Shown here one piece after another: positions 59,929 through 64,000 of a stretch of DNA of 64,000 bases. This stretch comes from an uncultured Gemmatimonadales bacterium (GTDB taxonomy: Bacteria; Gemmatimonadota; Gemmatimonadetes; Palauibacterales; Palauibacteraceae): positions 224,001 to 288,000 of the forward strand of contig CAWANJ010000002.1 of the NCBI GenBank assembly GCA_963783385.1. Direction: 5' to 3'. Made by a program: the position numbers and the translations under genes. The notes below the pieces were generated by a model. The model did no database searches, was not told the origin of the DNA, and worked only from the letters and a program-made list of their open reading frames with translations. Position 1 is the stretch's first letter, and the number at the start of each line of letters is the position of its first letter.

Positions 59929-61301
59929 GCGACGGCGCCATCATCCTGGCCGCGGGCCTGTCGCTGGCCCTCGTCTTCATGGTGCCGTTCGTGATTCGGC
60001 TCCGGCGCCGGGAGGCGGCCACGCGCGAGGCGGAACTCCAGGCCCTGCGCTACGGGCTGCACGAGCCGGTGACGCTCCACCCCGTGGTGGATCCCGACGT
60101 GTGCATCGGATCGGGCGCCTGCGTCCGCGCCTGCCCGGAGGTGGACGTGCTCGGTCTCATCGATGGGCAGGCCAGGGCCGTGGCCCCGGGACGCTGCGTG
60201 GGCCACGGCCTGTGCGAACGCTCCTGCCCCGTGGACGCCATTCAACTGGTGTTCGGAACCGAGAAGCGGGGCGTCGATCTCCCCCGCATTCAGGGCAACT
60301 TCGAGACGAACGTGCCGGGCCTGTACGTGGTGGGCGAGCTGGGCGGCATGGGACTCATCCGCAACGCGTTCGCCCAGGGACGCCAGTGCGTGGAAGGCAT
60401 CGCCCGGGACCTCCGCCAGAACGGCGGCCACCGATCGGCCGGCACCGGCGACCCGGGTCGGGTGCGGGGCGGGAACGGAGGGGCCCCCGACCCCCTGGAC
60501 GTGGTCGTGGTGGGCTGCGGCCCGGCCGGCCTCTCCGCTTCGCTCGAGTGCCTGGAGCGCGGCCTCCGCTTCACGACCATCGAGCGCGAGTCGGACCTGG
60601 GCGGCACGGTGCGTCACTACCCGCGCAAAAAGCTCGTGATGACCTCCTCGTTCAGCATTCCGGGTCATGGGAAGGTGAAGGCGGGGGAGATCCAGAAGGA
60701 TGGCCTCATCGGCCTGTGGCGTAGCGTGCTCGACGAGAGCGGGCTCGAGGTCAACCGAGGTGAGACAGTCCTCGAGGTCAATCGTGCCAACGGCAATGGA
60801 TTTCATGTTGTTACGGACAGGCAAAGATACAGCACGCGCCGGGTGGTCCTCGCCATCGGACGGCGGGGCGTACCGCGCACGCTCGGGGTCCCGGGCGAAG
60901 ACCTGCCCAATGTGGCGTACTCGCTGCGCGAGCCGGAGGCGTACCAGGGTGACCGCGTGCTCGTCGTCGGGGGAGGCGACTCGGCGGTCGAGGCCGCCCT
61001 GGCCCTGTCGTCCGAGTCCGGGAACACGGTGAGGCTCTCCTACCGCGGCGAGCGGTTCACGCGCATCAAGCCGGCCAACCACGACCGCGTCGAGGCGGCG
61101 ATCGCCGGTGGGAAGCTGGAGGTGCTGTTCGGCACGAACGTGGCCGAGATCGCGCTGGACCACGTCGTGCTGGAGGACGGAGAGGGACGGAGCCACACCG
61201 TCCCCAACGACCAGGTGCTCGTGTTCATTGGCGGCACGCTCCCCACGCCCTTCCTGAAGGCGTGCGGGATCGCCGTCGACACCAAGTTCGGTACCGTCTG
61301 A
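59925..61301 (+). CDS. membrane-anchored 2xFe-S / FAD / NAD(P)H oxidoreductase (TrxR/FNR-like)
   Basis: N-terminal TM segment, CIGSGACVRACP, CVGHGLCERSCP, ETNVPGLYVVGE, VVGCGPAG and VVGGGDSAVE. Confidence 0.88.
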   Translation: MSDGAIILAAGLSLALVFMVPFVIRLRRREAATREAELQALRYGLHEPVTLHPVVDPDVCIGSGACVRACPEVDVLGLIDGQARAVAPGRCVGHGLCERSCPVDAIQLVFGTEKRGVDLPRIQGNFETNVPGLYVVGELGGMGLIRNAFAQGRQCVEGIARDLRQNGGHRSAGTGDPGRVRGGNGGAPDPLDVVVVGCGPAGLSASLECLERGLRFTTIERESDLGGTVRHYPRKKLVMTSSFSIPGHGKVKAGEIQKDGLIGLWRSVLDESGLEVNRGETVLEVNRANGNGFHVVTDRQRYSTRRVVLAIGRRGVPRTLGVPGEDLPNVAYSLREPEAYQGDRVLVVGGGDSAVEAALALSSESGNTVRLSYRGERFTRIKPANHDRVEAAIAGGKLEVLFGTNVAEIALDHVVLEDGEGRSHTVPNDQVLVFIGGTLPTPFLKACGIAVDTKFGTV

Positions 61302-61512
61302 GCTGACGCGTCTCCCTCCCGCGCGGGAGGCGCCGCCGTACCGTGGCCCGGACCGCGAGAGGCTTCGCGGACGCCCGAGGCCGTGGAGGAGGTCCCCGGC
61401 CACGCGGTTCGAGCCGGCCGGAGGCCCGAAGCCCACCCGCTTCCCGCGCGCGGGTCACTGCCCACGTGTGACGTCCTATGTTGGGCGTCCCTGAACGCGA
61501 TGGAGCGCCCCG

Positions 61513-63024
61513 ATGCGTGGACATTCGACGTTCCTGGCCGGTGCCCTGTTCCTGGTCCTGTCCGCGGGACCGCTACGCGCCCAGGACGGGCACAAGAACC
61601 CCCACGGACCGCTGCCCGAGGGGCTCGACTGCGCGGACTGCCACGCGGCCAGCGGGTGGAAGCCCGCGCACGTCCCGGCGGACTTCGATCACCGGAGGTG
61701 GTCCGGCTTCGCCCTGGACGGTCGGCACGCCACGGCGTCCTGCGGCGCCTGCCATCTGGATCTCCGGTTCAATGCGCCGAAGATCGCCGAGGACGACTGC
61801 GCGTCCTGCCACGCCGACTTCCACCGCGGCCAGTTCGCCGAGCCGTGCGCGACCTGCCACGGCATGACCTCGTTCGCGCAGGTGCCCGCGGTCCGGATCC
61901 ACGCCCGCTCGGGCTTCCCGCTCACCGGAGCGCACCTGCAGATCAGCTGCCAGAGCTGTCACTTCGACTCCCGGGCGGGAAGCTACCGGAACCTGGACCG
62001 CCAGTGCGTCGCCTGTCACCGACGTGACTTCGAGACGGTCAAGTCCATCGACCACGAGGCCCGCGGCTTCTCGACGGAGTGCCTCCAGTGCCACGACACG
62101 CGCGCGTGGGCGGACGCGCCGAAATTCGACCACGCTCTCACCGGGTTCGCGCTGGTCGGGGCGCACGTCCAGCTCCGCTGCTCGAGCTGTCACGTCCAGC
62201 CGGGCAACGCGCTCAGGTTCACGCCGAGCGGTCCCAACGATTGCATCGCGTGCCACCAGGCGGACTACCAGCGGGCCCACGGGGGCGGCGGCTTCCCGAC
62301 CACCTGCCTGGACTGCCACTCCGTGGATTCGTTCCACGGGGCCAGCTTCGACCACGCGTCGGTGGGATTCCCGCTGGTGGGAGCCCACCAGAACGCCGCC
62401 TGCTCGGGCTGCCACATCCAGCCGGGCAACGCCCTCAAGTTCAACCCGAGCGGTCCCAACGACTGCGTCGCGTGCCACCAGGCCGACTTCACGCAGGCCC
62501 ACGGCGGCAGCGGCTTCCCGACCACCTGCCTGGACTGTCACGACCAGAACTCTTGGCAGGGCGCAGACTTCGACCATTCATCGACCGGCTTCCCACTGGT
62601 GGGAGCCCACCAGAGCCTCCAGTGCTCGGGCTGTCACATCCAGCCGGGCAACGCCCTCAAGTTCAACCCGAGCGGTCCCAACGACTGCATCGCGTGCCAC
62701 CAGGCGGACTTCACGCAGGCCCACGGTGGGAGCGGCTTCCCGACCACGTGCCTGGACTGTCACGACCAGAACTCGTTCCAGAACGCGGACTTCGACCACG
62801 ACGCGCAGTTCTTCCCCATCTACTCGGGGTCGCACCAGGGACGGTGGACCGCCTGCACGGACTGTCACCTGTCCGCGCCGGCCGACTTCGCGAGCTTCAG
62901 CTGCACGTCGGGCGGCTGCCACGGGAGGTCCGATACCGACTCCCGGCATGGCGACGTCCGGAACTACGTGTACGACAGCCAGGCGTGCTACTCGTGCCAT
63001 CCGCGCGGACGGGGCGGCGACTGA
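61513..63024 (+). CDS. multiheme cytochrome c, 19 heme motifs (18 CxxCH + 1 CxxxxCH); paralogue of 57111-58181
   Basis: GGAG RBS, signal peptide ..PLRA/QD, and collinear with the 13-heme protein apart from two extra modules. Confidence 0.93.
   Translation: MRGHSTFLAGALFLVLSAGPLRAQDGHKNPHGPLPEGLDCADCHAASGWKPAHVPADFDHRRWSGFALDGRHATASCGACHLDLRFNAPKIAEDDCASCHADFHRGQFAEPCATCHGMTSFAQVPAVRIHARSGFPLTGAHLQISCQSCHFDSRAGSYRNLDRQCVACHRRDFETVKSIDHEARGFSTECLQCHDTRAWADAPKFDHALTGFALVGAHVQLRCSSCHVQPGNALRFTPSGPNDCIACHQADYQRAHGGGGFPTTCLDCHSVDSFHGASFDHASVGFPLVGAHQNAACSGCHIQPGNALKFNPSGPNDCVACHQADFTQAHGGSGFPTTCLDCHDQNSWQGADFDHSSTGFPLVGAHQSLQCSGCHIQPGNALKFNPSGPNDCIACHQADFTQAHGGSGFPTTCLDCHDQNSFQNADFDHDAQFFPIYSGSHQGRWTACTDCHLSAPADFASFSCTSGGCHGRSDTDSRHGDVRNYVYDSQACYSCHPRGRGGD
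62125..62790 (+). repeat. three tandem 222-bp (74-aa, three-heme) intragenic repeats
   Basis: TTCGAC (FD) recurs at 62125, 62347, 62569 and 62791. Units 2 and 3 are nearly identical over long nucleotide stretches. Confidence 0.92.
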
Positions 63025-63197
63025 TCGGGCGGGAGCCGGGCGGACGGATCGAGGGCCCCGGCCCGGGGGGACGTGGCTCGCGCTCGTCGCTCCCCGGTCT
63101 CAATGCAACCCGGATGGCCCCGGACTCGTAGGGTGGAGGGACGGTCCCCGGGGAGAGGCCCCGCGGACCACGACCCCCGACCTGGTGGGAGTCCGCC

Positions 63198-63413
63198 ATG
63201 AGCGACCAGCGCAATCCTGGCACGGCCGCCGTCCTGAGCGCCCTCATCCCCGGCGTGGGGCAGATCTACAACGGCACGTTCCTCCGGGGGATCTTCTGGC
63301 TCATCGTCACGCCGGGTCTGTGGATCGGCTCGGGCGGGACACTGGGTTGGATCTGCCACGTGATCGCCGCGGTGACGGCCCATCACTATGCTTCGGAGCA
63401 CCGGTACCGGTGA
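63198..63413 (+). CDS. small membrane protein (PGxGQxY motif; TM2/DUF5683-like)
   Basis: AAVLSALIPGVGQIYNG. GGGAG RBS upstream. Confidence 0.75.
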   Translation: MSDQRNPGTAAVLSALIPGVGQIYNGTFLRGIFWLIVTPGLWIGSGGTLGWICHVIAAVTAHHYASEHRYR

Positions 63414-63529
63414 GATCCGGGGCCGCGTGAGCGGCCGTCCGCGCGGCCGTCGAGGGGGCTTCGGCGCCGCCAATGCCGGGGGGCGGAGTCGCCGCCCCCC
63501 GCGTGCGCCCATCCCGTAGAGGAGGCAGC

Positions 63530-63598
63530 ATGAGGAAGCTCGCCCTGGTCATCCTGCTCGAGCTGGGCCGGAGGTTGTTCAAGCTGCGGCGTTGCTGA
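63530..63598 (+). CDS. putative 22-aa peptide MRKLALVILLELGRRLFKLRRC
   Basis: GAGGAGG RBS 4 nt before ATG in an intergenic gap. Not in the provided ORF track. Confidence 0.4.
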   Translation: MRKLALVILLELGRRLFKLRRC

Positions 63599-63605
63599 AG
63601 GCCGG

Positions 63606-64000
63606 TCAGCCTCCGGAGCGCGCGGAGGCGCTCCGCGGCGACCCGCCCCCCGCCAGGGAGTGGGTCCACAGCATGAGGACGCCGCAGCCGCCGATGCCCG
63701 AGCCGCCGTACTGCGGCGGCACGGTGGAGGTCTCGTGCACCTCCACGCCCTCCGTGGCCTCGGGCGGCACGCTGACCATGATGTCGACGAAGGCGTCCTT
63801 GGACACGCGGTGGCCGTCGACGTAGAAGGTGGGCGAGCAGCTAGGTCCGCCGAGTGGCAGGCCCTGCTGGCCCGCGGCCCGCCCCAGGCTCACGGTGTAG
63901 CACCCGACCACCACGAGGCCCGTGTGCCCCTGGCGACAAAGGGTGATGTGCACCTGGGGCATGCGCTCCAGCGCTCCCCGCAGCCCGTAGCGCTCGATCG
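63606..64000 (-). CDS. C-terminal part of a TonB-plug-like domain protein (5'-truncated by window edge)
   Basis: CSPTFYVDG..VEVH..VPPQYG..CGVLMLWT. The frame is open to the window end. Confidence 0.65.
   Translation of the reverse strand, partial: IERYGLRGALERMPQVHITLCRQGHTGLVVVGCYTVSLGRAAGQQGLPLGGPSCSPTFYVDGHRVSKDAFVDIMVSVPPEATEGVEVHETSTVPPQYGGSGIGGCGVLMLWTHSLAGGGSPRSASARSGG

Noticed and set aside
61454-61472. GTCAC-N9-GTGAC inverted repeat upstream of the 19-heme gene
   Set aside because: 5-bp arms are expected by chance and there is no supporting evidence.
62125-62790. CRISPR-like periodic repeats
   Set aside because: They are in-frame 222-bp coding repeats without unique spacers, and no cas genes are present.
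55621-63024. Assignment as MtrA/MtrC, OmcS/OmcZ, NrfA or HAO
   Set aside because: Heme counts and spacing differ, and there is no CxxCK, lipobox or catalytic domain.

Overview
This is a very GC-rich bacterial chromosomal window with almost all genes on the + strand. Gene content and synteny suggest Gemmatimonadota (inference, no search run). Positions 1-50400 are mostly housekeeping: larE (partial), thpR, an aldehyde dehydrogenase, lepB, a short sigma70, rplM-rpsI-rpsB-tsf-pyrH-frr, tilS-hpt-ftsH-folP-cdaA, exbB-exbD-exbD-tonB, yggS-divIVA-PNP-ileS-dksA-lspA-rluA, tRNA-Val(TAC), a secreted TPR protein, the dcw cluster mraZ..ftsZ, an M23 peptidase, ftsY and recG. Positions 50400-54400 hold a frameshifted NAD-dependent epimerase, a PAP2 phosphatase and an amidase. 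The main finding is 54750-63024, a candidate trans-envelope electron conduit. It has a ferric-reductase/NOX-like bis-His membrane protein, 17-, 13- and 19-heme cytochromes c (49 heme motifs by hand count), a beta-barrel outer-membrane protein, and a membrane-anchored 2xFe-S/FAD/NAD(P)H oxidoreductase with circularly permuted TrxR-type motifs. The 13- and 19-heme proteins are paralogues differing by exactly two 222-bp three-heme modules. No mobile elements, CRISPR arrays or rRNA were seen. Start codons were chosen by eye, and family calls come from motif recognition only.
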